Below are positions 1-10,821 of a DNA stretch of 32,730 bases, piece by piece. Source of the DNA: Trichosphaerium sp. ATCC 40318 (taxonomy: Eukaryota > Protista > Tubulinea); the NCBI GenBank assembly GCA_038496445.1, contig JALMLS010000532.1, forward strand, positions 1-32,730, given 5' to 3'. The notes under the pieces were generated by a model that was not told the DNA's origin, did no database searches, and saw nothing but the letters and a program-made list of their open reading frames with translations. The position numbers and the translations under genes are program-made. How positions within the stretch are numbered: position 1 is the first letter of the stretch; each line of letters begins with the position of its first letter.

Positions 1-229
1 ATAATTGCAAAGCAGCAATGAGATAACGATGAGATGTAGGCATGTCATGGCATAGTGACGATGACCCAAATGATGGTGACAATGATCATCCAATTATTTC
101 AATAAGGTGAGCATAAACGTCGCCGTTAATAATCGCTATGTGCTCCCCACAGCGATATATCACTACCTTAGTTCTTAGCGCTAGCTTTGAGCATGGTTAA
201 AATCATACTGATACAGTGAAGTATTGGGA
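1..229 (+). repeat. Inverted duplicate of 8962-9190 (internal exon and intron of the AlkB-like gene)
   Basis: 1-229 is the reverse complement of 8962-9190, with one mismatch seen (position 219). Identity stops after AGTATTGGGA. Confidence 0.95.
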
Positions 230-1532
230 CTTCTTGAAAGCTTTAGATATATCTTTCATATCCTCGGGTGCACCTTCAAAAGCACTTGGCTTGGACAAAG
301 CCAAAGCTAGAAAGTTGTTAGACAACACTTCAAAAAAAACGCTGGAAGAATTTTCGAGCTGTGCTCAAACAAAACTATGTACCGTAGTTATAACAGCATT
401 GTATATCGCCTAACATTGCTGCCTTCTTTAAATAAGGTAATCCCTTGCTCCAGTTGATTCTGAACTCTATACAGTAAAGTTATTAACAAGACTAAAAGAA
501 AAACAAGCAGTTTAAATTAAAAAAAATACCATGAAGTCCGAAACAATGTAAGAACGCAATGTTGGCACAAGCATCCTTGTCATTTTCATCAGGAAGTCCA
601 TCTAATCCTTTTATACCTGTTTTCTTCACCGCAGATGGAGCAGGAGTTCCTGTACTAGTACATTAAAACAAAACAAAATACAAAAAAAAAATTTTAGTTT
701 TTTGAAGTTATCTATCCCCTTCGTGCACTATGTGCAATTTCAAGGTATTCATCGCAACGACAAAAAATATTTCCGTTTTACAGGCAAGTTTAAATACGGT
801 TTAGGCGAGTTTTGGATAAAAAACAACATTCATCATTTCAATCACAGATAGATTCTACTTGCCTTTATCCTTAGACAAACGTTCAATGGCATCTCTCCAG
901 AAAGCGTGGCTACCCTCCTCAACTTCCCAACCAGCATGGTACGCTGCTTCGGCCTCAAGGATCCTTCCCTGCTGTTCTAATGCTTCCGCTTTGCGTCTCT
1001 ATGAATAAAAGCGTGAGTTCACTGTCTTTTGACGCGTCACATCACTTTTGAGTGATATTGGGCTGTTTAAGAAATTTTGAGCGTGTCAACTTTGTTTTCG
1101 CGTTATACACGTATATTGTTCTCTGTTAACGCTTTGTAACAGTAATAAAGCAAAATAACGGATAAATTACGCACCCACGCTTTTGACCACTTTTTTTGTG
1201 ATAGCTCTAATGCCACATCTGCGTCTTCAAGCGCTTTAGCGTATTGTTCGGTCTTTTGGTACACAGCAGCCCTGTTTGAGAACAAAATGGGATTTTTGGC
1301 GTTAATACTGATGGCTTTGTCGTATTGAGCGAGGGCAGACTCGAAATCGCCTTTTTGAAACGCTGTGTTGCCCAATTGTTTAAATTTCTCTGACTGTCAT
1401 AATTTAGGCGTCAAATGAATATAGGTAACGTACTTCAGGGTCCGAAGGGAAATTTGTTTGTACTTTGGTATTTACAACATTCTTTTTGTTTGGCTGCTTC
1501 TTACCGCGTCGCTTCTTCCTGGCGTTACTCAT
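203..1532 (-). CDS. Multi-exon TPR + SEL1-like repeat protein, 3' end truncated by the inverted duplication
   Basis: ATG at 1532 (MSNARKKRRGKK). TPR exon GNTAFQKGDFESALAQYDKAI...LFSNRAAVY...ALEDA. SEL1-like YLKKAAMLGDIQCCYNY. The last exon (...DISKAFKKSQYF) runs into the duplicated segment and stops at 203-205. Some splice phases are unresolved. Confidence 0.75.
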
Positions 1533-1797
1533 GAGTACTTACAGCCCTATTAGTAGCAATACAATACTACAAGTCTCGGTATTTCTATCTTCGTCAAATT
1601 TCGTTGCAAAACACACTCGTGACAAGCTATCCCTTTCCTACAATAACAAACTCAACTTCAACTAACTTGACACTTTCAAATCGCCGTTTCTCCCTTTTGT
1701 TTCGGAAAGGGGTTCTCTGAAAAGTCTGTATTTTTATTAAGTTTAAGTTGCATACCAACTTCTCATTTCACCATCAAACAAGCAATTCAAGCATAAA

Positions 1798-3517
1798 ATG
1801 GACACAAACGTTGTATCTTCACTTCAATCTCGTACCCTTGAGTCTCTGGGTTTATTCCCAGGCACGCTTCTTTACTTTTTATCAAGGTCTAATATTACGT
1901 AGAGGCTCACTGCCGCGCCCCAGTTATAAGAGCAAAGTCGTGTATTAAGCGGGGCCACGCCAATCTCTAATTCCACGACCTCACAGGCACGTTATTGCAT
2001 TAATATTATACATATCCTAATCAATACAACAGGGGCAACGCCTCAAAAGATCGCGTGGTTATTCTACACCTTCGCAACCCTCAAAAAGACGTAAAACTCA
2101 ACCAATTGCTCAAATAGATCCAGATGTACGATTAAATAGTCATAAAACATTCGAATGTACCGAACTAACAGAGGTTTTCAGACAAAACAAAAAATATCGC
2201 ATATTTATACAGGCAATCCAACATTCCCTTCACAAGGCGCCTCTGTACGATTTGATGTAGGAACTGTGGCACCTAATGGTTGGATACCAACACAACCAAA
2301 TCCACTTCCTTGTCTCCTTACAAAAGGCGATAAGCAGTTTACCTTGCTATCTTGGCCCCTTTCAAACCCATCATACACCTTACAAGGTACGTATACACAT
2401 CTCATCCTCTCCTCTCCATTACTAACAGTGGCTCTCAAGGTCATGTAACAGTGTTTCTAGTGACGTATGATGGTAACCCCGCCAACCGTACGTTTTTTTT
2501 TTTGGATTTCGGAGTTTACTGCCTACCTTCGATTATTTTTGTATTTTTATGTATATTGACTTACGCGTTCCAGAGCGCGTTCGATATGTTCCTGAAGCGA
2601 ACTCTGGTGGTAATCTAACTATGCACTGGGATGCTCAAACTCAGTCTATTATTTTACTTGGCGGTAAAGATTGGGGTAAACTCTCTGATTACGCAAAAGC
2701 AAACACTTCATATAAACGTGTACGTACAAAAGATTGATAAAAATAATCTAAAATGAATGACATTTTGACACCGTTTTTGACATTTTGATGGACGGAATTT
2801 TTTTTTCTGGATTTTTTTTGTTTTGGCATTGGTTGTACTTTAAATTGACGTTTAATGCTCTAGAGTAACTTACCACGGTACTTATGGAACTATGCTGTTG
2901 CTATTGTTGATGTACCTGGCCAAAGATCTGTATACAAGACACAACCGTTCAGAAAATTGGCCTCAAGACAATGGCGATACCTCGAAAAGAAAAATGTTGA
3001 TAACTGTATAGAAGTAGCTTCTTTTTGCTCTCTAAACTGTTATATGCGTAACGCAGAGCTCACAGAAGATCTTTCTGCTCTACTACCGTTTGCACCACAA
3101 TACGGCTCTCCAGTGACCCCACAGCCTCCAGTTCGAGCTGAGGCTCCAAGTCTGGATGTAGAGATGGCTTGCTCCGCTGTTATCCAACAAGAGGCATCGC
3201 TTAGTTCTGGTAACGCCCTCAACTCTTCAGATCATGATACTACTTCTCACAATGACGTGTACGAAACGTTTTTATTTTTACAACTTTTTAAAAGACTTGG
3301 TGACTTATGTTGTGTTTCTAGTGAACCAATGTCTGATGAATTATCCAGTACCGATTCGACATCAGAGTCTTCAATTGCATTCTCTTGTTCTGTGCGTGCT
3401 ACGCCACTACCTGATGCTGCACCTGCAGTAGGTTCGTCTGATAGTGCTTCTTGTTCAGTGTCATTTGAAGAAGAATTAGAGTTTGGAAATGAGGAGTATG
3501 CATTTCTTTCTCTTTGA
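1798..3517 (+). CDS. Multi-exon hypothetical protein with Ser-rich/acidic C-terminus; possibly a transcription factor
   Basis: Chain of short exons with donor/acceptor sites. Basic segment QRLKRSR, a beta-rich middle region ending YKTQPFRKLASRQW, and an acidic-aromatic tail EEELEFGNEEYAFLSL. One frame junction near 2330-2430 is unresolved. Confidence 0.55.
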
Positions 3518-3844
3518 CTCTTCCATCGATCATTGTATCATTGTAAATAGATAAATAATTAAAAGCCTGTTGTTACAAAACCGTGATATGTATCTGTCCC
3601 AGAAGAAGATTCTCTCCTTACAATTATTGTTGCGCATGTATAATTTAATCTTGCACATGTTGGAAAGTGTTGCTCTTGCTTACAATGCACTCAATAAGCA
3701 GTCCATTGGATTACTAAAAAGGGTTTAGTATATGAGCTAGAGCGATCCACAATTACGTCCAGTAACACATAAAGTTGCTTATGAGGACAGTGTGTAGTAA
3801 AGTTGTAATATCGCTACTGTTAAACACTATTGCAACCCTTTCAC

Positions 3845-3854
3845 ATCACGTGAC
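3845..3854 (+). promoter_or_regulatory. E-box/CLEAR-like ATCACGTGAC upstream of the TIR fusion gene
   Basis: The same 10-mer occurs reverse-complemented at 9650-9659, upstream of the minus-strand AlkB-like gene. Confidence 0.3.
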
Positions 3855-4089
3855 TAGAACGCGCGTTTTTACATTTAGATTTTGAGGGTGATCCTTTATG
3901 CTCGTATTACGTGAAGATATCTTATTCCACGTATTCCACGTGGCAGTGTTCATGGAAAAAAAAGAGAAACCGTTTTTTTTTGGAACTCCACGAGCTCACT
4001 TCTTACTCTTCTCAAACTTAAGAAAATCCGCCAACTTTTCAACAAAAACCAAATAACAAGTTTTTCAGTTATAACTCCACGACCTTCGC

Positions 4090-7000
4090 ATGTCATCCTT
4101 AGATAAAGCTTCTATATATACTTGCGGGCACTTTGCCGGCAAAAAAGGTTCACCTAATCGTGTTATTCGGTTAGTTAACTAATATTGTTTTGACAGTCGC
4201 GAAACTCGCTGATCCAGAGTGTATGGCTACCGGCGCGAGGTTTACAGCGGTTACAAGTACGATTGTTATTAAAACATACAGTAAGGGCCGTTAACGGACA
4301 AAACTAAGGTCACAGATCTCTATACGCATGGGGGTACCCATCAGAAAGAGCTCTAGGGCTTACAGCGAACTGGGTGAAAAAGAGCCAGCTGTAGTAGATG
4401 GAGTATCAGATGTAGCTCAATTAGACGCTGGAGTGAGTAAAATCATTGCACGCACACGTAAGTTCGATATTGGTGACATTATGTTAACTCCACTATGTGA
4501 AGGTACTGGTTACGTCTTCGTCTTAGAGCCAAATGAAGCAACCTTGAAAGCAACTCGCATTCAAAACTTTATTGGTACACCAGTGTATGTCAAAGGCTTT
4601 TTTTTGGTATATTTTGTTAAACTTGCCCTAGTATGGTGTCTTGTGGTGCTAGCCACTTTGCAATTGTAACACGTACGTTGGAACACTTTTTTTTTGGATT
4701 TTTGGAAAACTTGACTCTTTTTCTTGTTTTTTGGATTTTAGCGGTATTGTTAAGTTACTCTTTTTCAGAAAATGGATTGGTTTATACATGGGGTGAGGGT
4801 AGATATGGTAGACTTGGTCAAGGTGATGAAGTCTCTAGAAAATCACCAGTACAAGTCAAATCACTTAAATACGTTAAGTCCATATCTTGTGGCCGAGAGC
4901 ACACTCTTGCATTGTTGAGTACGACTGTTTTAATAGATTCATATTCTAAATATGTCTGTTAATAGGTAGTGGTGAAGTTCAAAGCTTTGGATTTGGTGGT
5001 AATGGAGCTCTTGGACACGGAGACAATTGCAACCAGCTTTTGCCAAAGAAAATTGTTGATATGCCTACAGCTGTTCAAATATCTGCTGGTGCTATTCATA
5101 GTTCAGCTGTATCAAAGGATAGTAATCTTTATACTTGGGGATCGTCCTTTCGCGGAGCGGTACGTTGTAGTGACTCAATTTGAGTATAAGTAAGCATGAC
5201 TAAAAGTTTGTTTAGTTAGGACAAGGTAAAAAAACAATGATTAAGATTCCAGTCAAAGTTGAAGGTACCTTAATATTTATTTTACCACCTATTAACCCTT
5301 ATATGTTCAAGGTATATCCAACGTATCGCAAGTATCATCTGGATACTATCACATGGCCTTTGTATCGGGTAAGTGATTGTTAATTTTAGTTCATTTGCTG
5401 ATTTTATTTCCAAAGAGTACGGAGAGTTATACACTTGTGGATCTGGTTACAGCGGCAAATTGTGTCATGAAGACGATAATGATTACAATGTTCCTACGCT
5501 TGTAAAATATATGGTGGGTAAACCAGCGTTTCAAGTATCATGTGGATTTCTGCACACATCAGTACTGCGTAAGTGGTGAACTTTGAAACGTCTTTGTCTC
5601 ATTTTTTTAATAAGTGAACATGATTGGACTTCTGAAGCGTATTGAGAAACAAGGAAATATCAGAGAGTATCTTGTTTGGTTAATCAGAAAAGGAGATTCA
5701 CATATAGATATGGCCAAGGCAGCTTTAACACATGTGTTATCCAGACCTATGAATCACTTGGGTACCTTTTTTTTAGTAAAAATCTTCTGTTTTATGTTTA
5801 ACATTCTTTAAGGTCTTGTTGTGTCAAAGAATCAAAATCTATTACACATATCGTCAATGGCTGGTAATAAAGCGTTTGTGAGTCATCTATTGGGTTTAAA
5901 GGAGGCTTCGGACTCTTCATTGAACCTCGACAAGCAAGGTACCTTGCAAAACAATTTTGTTTATTTTTATGCTCATATCTTATCTTGTAGATGATAAGGG
6001 AAATACTGCCTTGCATTTAGCTGTTGAATACGGAAAATTAGATATTGCAAAGATGCTTATTAAGGCTGGTACTGATGTTGAGATAATTAACAGAAACGGT
6101 GAAGACGCTTTTGATCTTGCAAGTAACTTACAAGTCCAACAAAACTTGAAAGGTAAAAAACTGTTTCACAGAAAATTGTTTTTTTTTTTGACACGTGTAT
6201 AGTTTTGGCTGGAAAAAAAGATGTGTTCATCAGTTATGGTGTATCTAGTAAAGCAACAGCTTTCTGTAGACGTATTAAGGATTCTCTTGAAAGCAATAAT
6301 ATCTTGTGTTGGCTTGATGAAAAGGAGCTGAGAGCGGGAGCCGAGTACGTCAAATGGTTGTGAACTTTTATCAAAGTTCATTGTGTCAATTGTTTTGGTA
6401 TGACGTTAATATTTGGTTTAGTTGGGTTAATGAGCTTAAGAAAGCAGTTGCCAAATGCCCTGTTATGGTGTTTGTTGTAACTAAAAAATCAGTTAAATCA
6501 GAGCACTGTAAGATGGAACTAGAGATTGCTCTCAAGGCGAAGAAACATATATTCCCTATTATTTTAGAAACAGCTGACTTATCATCTCAGCCATTCTCGG
6601 TAAGTTAAGAGTAAATTTTGAAGTGACAGAGTTCTTGATATTAACAAAAATCCAACAGAGTCTGCAAGATCGTCAATGGGTTGATTTTCAGAACGCTTCT
6701 TTTGACGTTCAGATAGCCAAGGTTGTCAAGGCTATTAGGACAAAGATACATAACAAGGGTGTCAGTAATTATAGTCTATCTTCCTCAGATACATCCGTTG
6801 TCGAAGAAAAACAAGATGTTTTGAAGAGGAAACCTTTTGGGACAAAAAGGAAGTATAATTTTTCTTCATCTTCATCATCGTTTTTCAAGTTCGGTGATAG
6901 CTTCCAGACAAAGAAAGTAGATGAAGCACCTGAAACACGTGCACCAGATCGTACGTTCATTGTTGTATTAAAGTACTTTTAATGGTTAACACGTGATCTA

Positions 7001-8416
7001 TAGACATTAAAGTAACTGTTGTTCATCAAATCTCTGAAGGGTTTTTCACAGCTCAGTTTTTAAGTGGTGTTCGTATTGCTACAGCTGAACTTGGCATAGA
7101 GCTTGTAGTATCAGATAGTCAGGTATTATAATTATCTATACTTATGTAACTCTCTAAAAATGAGAAAGGGACAAGTAACAAAGATGATTGGTCAGCTTGG
7201 TGAAGCCATCCAAACAAACTCAACAGCAATTATTATCAATCATGGGTATGCTCCTTTGTTGTTTCCTTCTGTGCTTCATGTTTCAAGATGTAAGATCTCG
7301 ACTGATCCTTTGTTTTTTAGGTTTTCTGTAGAGTTGTCACCTGTTATTGAACTTGCTCTTGAGCGCGGTATAAAGGTCATTGCGTTTGATTTTGGAATAC
7401 AAAATCCTGATGTTACTGAGATTGAACAAGATGACTTTATGCTATCACTAAAACTTTGTCGTGAATTGGCAAAGGATCATAGTGGTAGTGCTAATGTATT
7501 CTACTTTAAAAACAAACAAGGATTCGCACCTTTGGAGAAAAGAAACAAGATATGGCAATCAGTAAAATGGAGGTAAGAAATAAACAAAATTCACAGAATT
7601 AAACAGACGGCAACTTTTTAACGCTTTCTCAGGTTTCCTGGTCTCAACGAAATTGCAATTCCTAATACATTAGCTGATAATCCAGAACATCAAATCGCTG
7701 ATTTCTTACAAAACCATCCTGAAGGAAACGCTGTAAGAGAATGTCAAAACCTAACTTAAAGAAACTTAAACTAACCAATCCTTCAAGGTTTTGTCAATGT
7801 TTAACCTATGGACAAAAGGCGCATTCAAAGTACGCTTTATTAGAAATTCTATTATTTCAATATATTAAAAGAATACAGGCTATCACAGCAGCTGGTGTAG
7901 AGAGTAAATTCTCACTTTATTCTTGTGATATTGATGATGAAGATATCGAGTTAATGATTAGAAAGGGTAGCCCTTGGAAGGCTAGTATTGCTGCTAATCC
8001 AGCTTCAATCGGAAGATTATCTGTATTCGCTGCTTATGCCATGATAAGCGGTATAGCTATTGGGAAGTACATTCTATTTGAGCCAACACTTGTAACTCGT
8101 CAGTTTCTTGTTGAAAATAAGATTAGTGACTTTTCAAGCCTTGTAGACAAGCTCCCAGGTTTTGGTCAAGATATTCTACTTGTACGTAGTTCAAGAATCG
8201 ACAAATCTTCTTATGTTGAACAGCCGTTTTTGAACACGTGTTTTTTTCTTCTCAAGAATTTTTTTCGCTAAAGTTGGTTTGTTTTAGGAGCAGTACGATT
8301 TCATGCGTACAGTCAAGACCAAGAGTGAGAAAAGGAATGAAATGCGATCGAAGAAAGTAGATACAACATCAGCCAAAGCTGGACAGGTTGCCAAGAGGCG
8401 TAAGTTCAGATACTAA
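4090..8416 (+). CDS. RCC1 repeats - ankyrin repeats - TIR domain - type I periplasmic (sugar) binding protein fusion, multi-exon
   Basis: RCC1: VYTWGEGRYGRLGQGDE, ISCGREHTLAL, VSCGFLHT. Ankyrin: NQNLLHISSMAGN, GNTALHLAVEYGKLDIAKMLI. TIR: DVFISYG...CWLDEKELRAGADWVNELKKAVAKC...SVKSEHCKMELEIA...IFPIILE...RQWVDF. Solute-binding domain: AIIINHG, GIKVIAFD, EIEQDDF, GFAPLEKRNKIW, DIDDEDIELM..GSPWKASIAANPASIG. GT-AG introns join the domains in frame (e.g. 6153-6202, 6951-7003). An alternative last intron could extend the stop to about 8454. Confidence 0.88.
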
Positions 8417-8499
8417 GCGATTAAGATACGAATTGTAATTCTTTGCAAAAATAAAAATGAGCGAAAATACAGATGGTACAAGTTCTAGTTTTAGTTTCG

Positions 8500-9583
8500 T
8501 TACAAGATGGTACAAGTTCTTTGAGGTTCTTGTTCTATTTTTACAGGAGAAGTTACTTCTTTCTCTTGTTCTTCGTCTTGATCTGGGTATTGCCACTCAG
8601 ACTCTCTACCTGATCAAAACAATAAGTTTTTGGAGAATTTTAACAAAAGAAGTTTAAGAAGTTCTTTTAGTTTTGCCTCGTATCGGCTTGTTTCTCGGTA
8701 GTATAAGATTTCTTAGTAAAAAAAATAGAATACGAGAAATGAACAGATGCATACCAAGAATATTAGGCGCATCTCTAAACGTGAAATTGAATCGCAGTTG
8801 TTTGCATTCTTCTGGTAAAAAAGAAGGGGACGTATCACTATATACTTCATGTACGCAGTGTTTCAGCATTCTATTTGGACCTCCCCATACTATGATGTCT
8901 CCAGAGTCTAGTCTTATATCACATTCTTTATCATCAAGAACATATCCAAACCTACAAGAATTCCCAATACTACACTGTATCAGTATGATTTTAACCATGC
9001 TCAAAGCTAGCGCTAAGAACTAAGGTAGTGATATATCGCTGTGGGGAGCACATAGCGATTATTAACGGCGACGTTTATGCTCACCTTATTGAAATAATTG
9101 GATGATCATTGTCACCATCATTTGGGTCATCGTCACTATGCCATGACATGCCTACATCTCATCGTTATCTCATTGCTGCTTTGCAATTATACATACCTTG
9201 TGCATCTGCGTAATGGAGCAATAGGAGATGGGTTGGATTCATATTTGGCAAACTGTCATCAACCGTTTGACATTTGTCAATTATTTGACCACACAAAGTT
9301 GTAATGGTTTCTGGGTGTTCAAAGTTTCTTACTGCATCGTATATCCGGCCTCTAGACCAGCTCGCATTAAGTACACGTTTTCCTTTCCACGTTGTTGTCC
9401 AAAATCCGTTTTTAGTTCGTGCACCTGCCTTAGAGGCGTTAGTAGGTATTATCATGCGTTTAAGGGCACTTTAGCGGCGTATGTTGCTAGCCATGCTTGA
9501 GCGTCTTCTGAGAGTGTATTTTTTAGTAATACTACCCCAGGTGCTATTGATAATGCGCCAGTGTCGTCTAGAGTGAACTCCAT
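8500..9583 (-). CDS. AlkB-like 2OG-Fe(II) dioxygenase, multi-exon, with C-terminal CaaX (CTIL)
   Basis: Motifs GMSWHSD (HxD), PIISISIGNSCRF, LDSGDIIVWGG..RMLKHCV (distal His) and RFNFTFR. Predicted last exon GRESEWQY...PQRTCTIL*. Confidence 0.85.
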
Positions 9584-9780
9584 TTGTTTTGTTGCCTTGT
9601 AATACAATTTTAGTTGAAAACTAGTTTTTCACAGAAGTTTCTTCATTTTGTCACGTGATTCATTTTAATAAACAGAAGCTACTTCACAGCACTTTTGTAG
9701 ATTCTTTCAGTTACTGCACGTAAACAATCGTCACAGTAGCTCCTGATAACAGGCTACGTACTATCAATCTTATAGCTGGC

Positions 9781-10591
9781 ATGGACGCGGATCCTATTAC
9801 GTATTTGTTTTTTATGTCTAAAACACTCTAATGGCACAACTAGGAGCGTTTTAGACTTACCACCAGAGATCCTTGCAAATATCCTAATTCATACAACAAA
9901 AGCACGCTTTCGTGCTTGCCAAACATGTCACAGGCTTGCCTCTATCGTTCATGATGTTATAGGATATGAAAGAGTTAAATTATGGAAACTTTCCCAAGCT
10001 GTAGCAATATCAAAGTATTGTGGTGTTTTGAGACACTCAAAGATAAGAGTAATTCACTCTTTAAATAGAGATACATCATATTATGATCCTATTGCAAGGC
10101 AATTAGTTGGTGTACATAGTATAGACTTAACTAATGCTGTTATATCTGTTAAAGGGATTAAAAGACTTGCTGGAGTTCATACAATATGTCTTAGAAGCGC
10201 CACTGTAACGGATGAAGGTGTTGAGGCTTTGGCTGGAGTTCATACTATTGATCTAGCTTATTGTAAAACAATAACAGACAAAAGCATCAGAGCATTGAGC
10301 GGCGTTCATACCATTAACCTTGATAGTACCAATGTAACAGATGAAGGCATTAAGGCTCTTAAGGGCGTCCATAGTATTTTCCTTGAGTTTACTCGTGTAA
10401 CAGATGAAGGCATAAAGGTCCTTGCTGGCGTTCATACTATTAACCTCCGTTACACTTCTATTACAGATGAAGGCATAAAATCTCTTGTGGGTGTTAGTAA
10501 GATTTATCTTGAAGGTTCTATGGTAACTAAACAAGGCTTTAAAATACTAGAGGGCAGTTTTAGTGATTTGACATTATTGTATCAATCTTGA
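9781..10591 (+). CDS. F-box + leucine-rich repeat protein
   Basis: Exon 1 is 9781-9800 and the intron is 9801-9843. F-box VLDLPPEILANIL..RACQTCHRL is followed by about seven 22-23 aa repeats of the type LAGVHTIDL..T.VTDEGIKAL. Confidence 0.88.
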
Positions 10592-10649
10592 CAATAAAAC
10601 TGATGCTAATGGGTTGCATATGTTCTTTAAGTTCGAGTAAAAACTGTTG

Positions 10650-10805
10650 TGTTATGATGCAGATTTATTATCAAAGCGTGTTTATTAAGAATTACGACAA
10701 TTACAAAAGTTACAAAGCGAGAAATAATATTGTGGTATTTGATTCAGTGAAAGAGAAAAGGGACTTCGCTGAAGATATGAATCTTAAGTTAGGTACAACT
10801 TAACA
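10650..10805 (-). repeat. 3' LTR (156 bp)
   Basis: Identical to 17236-17391 except G10676 versus A17262. TGTTA...TAACA termini. AATAAA on the minus strand at 10681-10686. Confidence 0.97.
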
Positions 10806-10820
10806 TTCCTCCTTGTCTAG
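10806..10820 (-). other. Polypurine tract
   Basis: The minus strand reads CTAGACAAGGAGGAA immediately before the 3' LTR. Confidence 0.8.
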
Positions 10821-10821
10821 A

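Noticed and set aside
10100-10540. 66-bp periodic DNA repeats as a CRISPR-like array
   Set aside because: Fully explained by in-frame LRR coding repeats; eukaryotic context and no cas genes.
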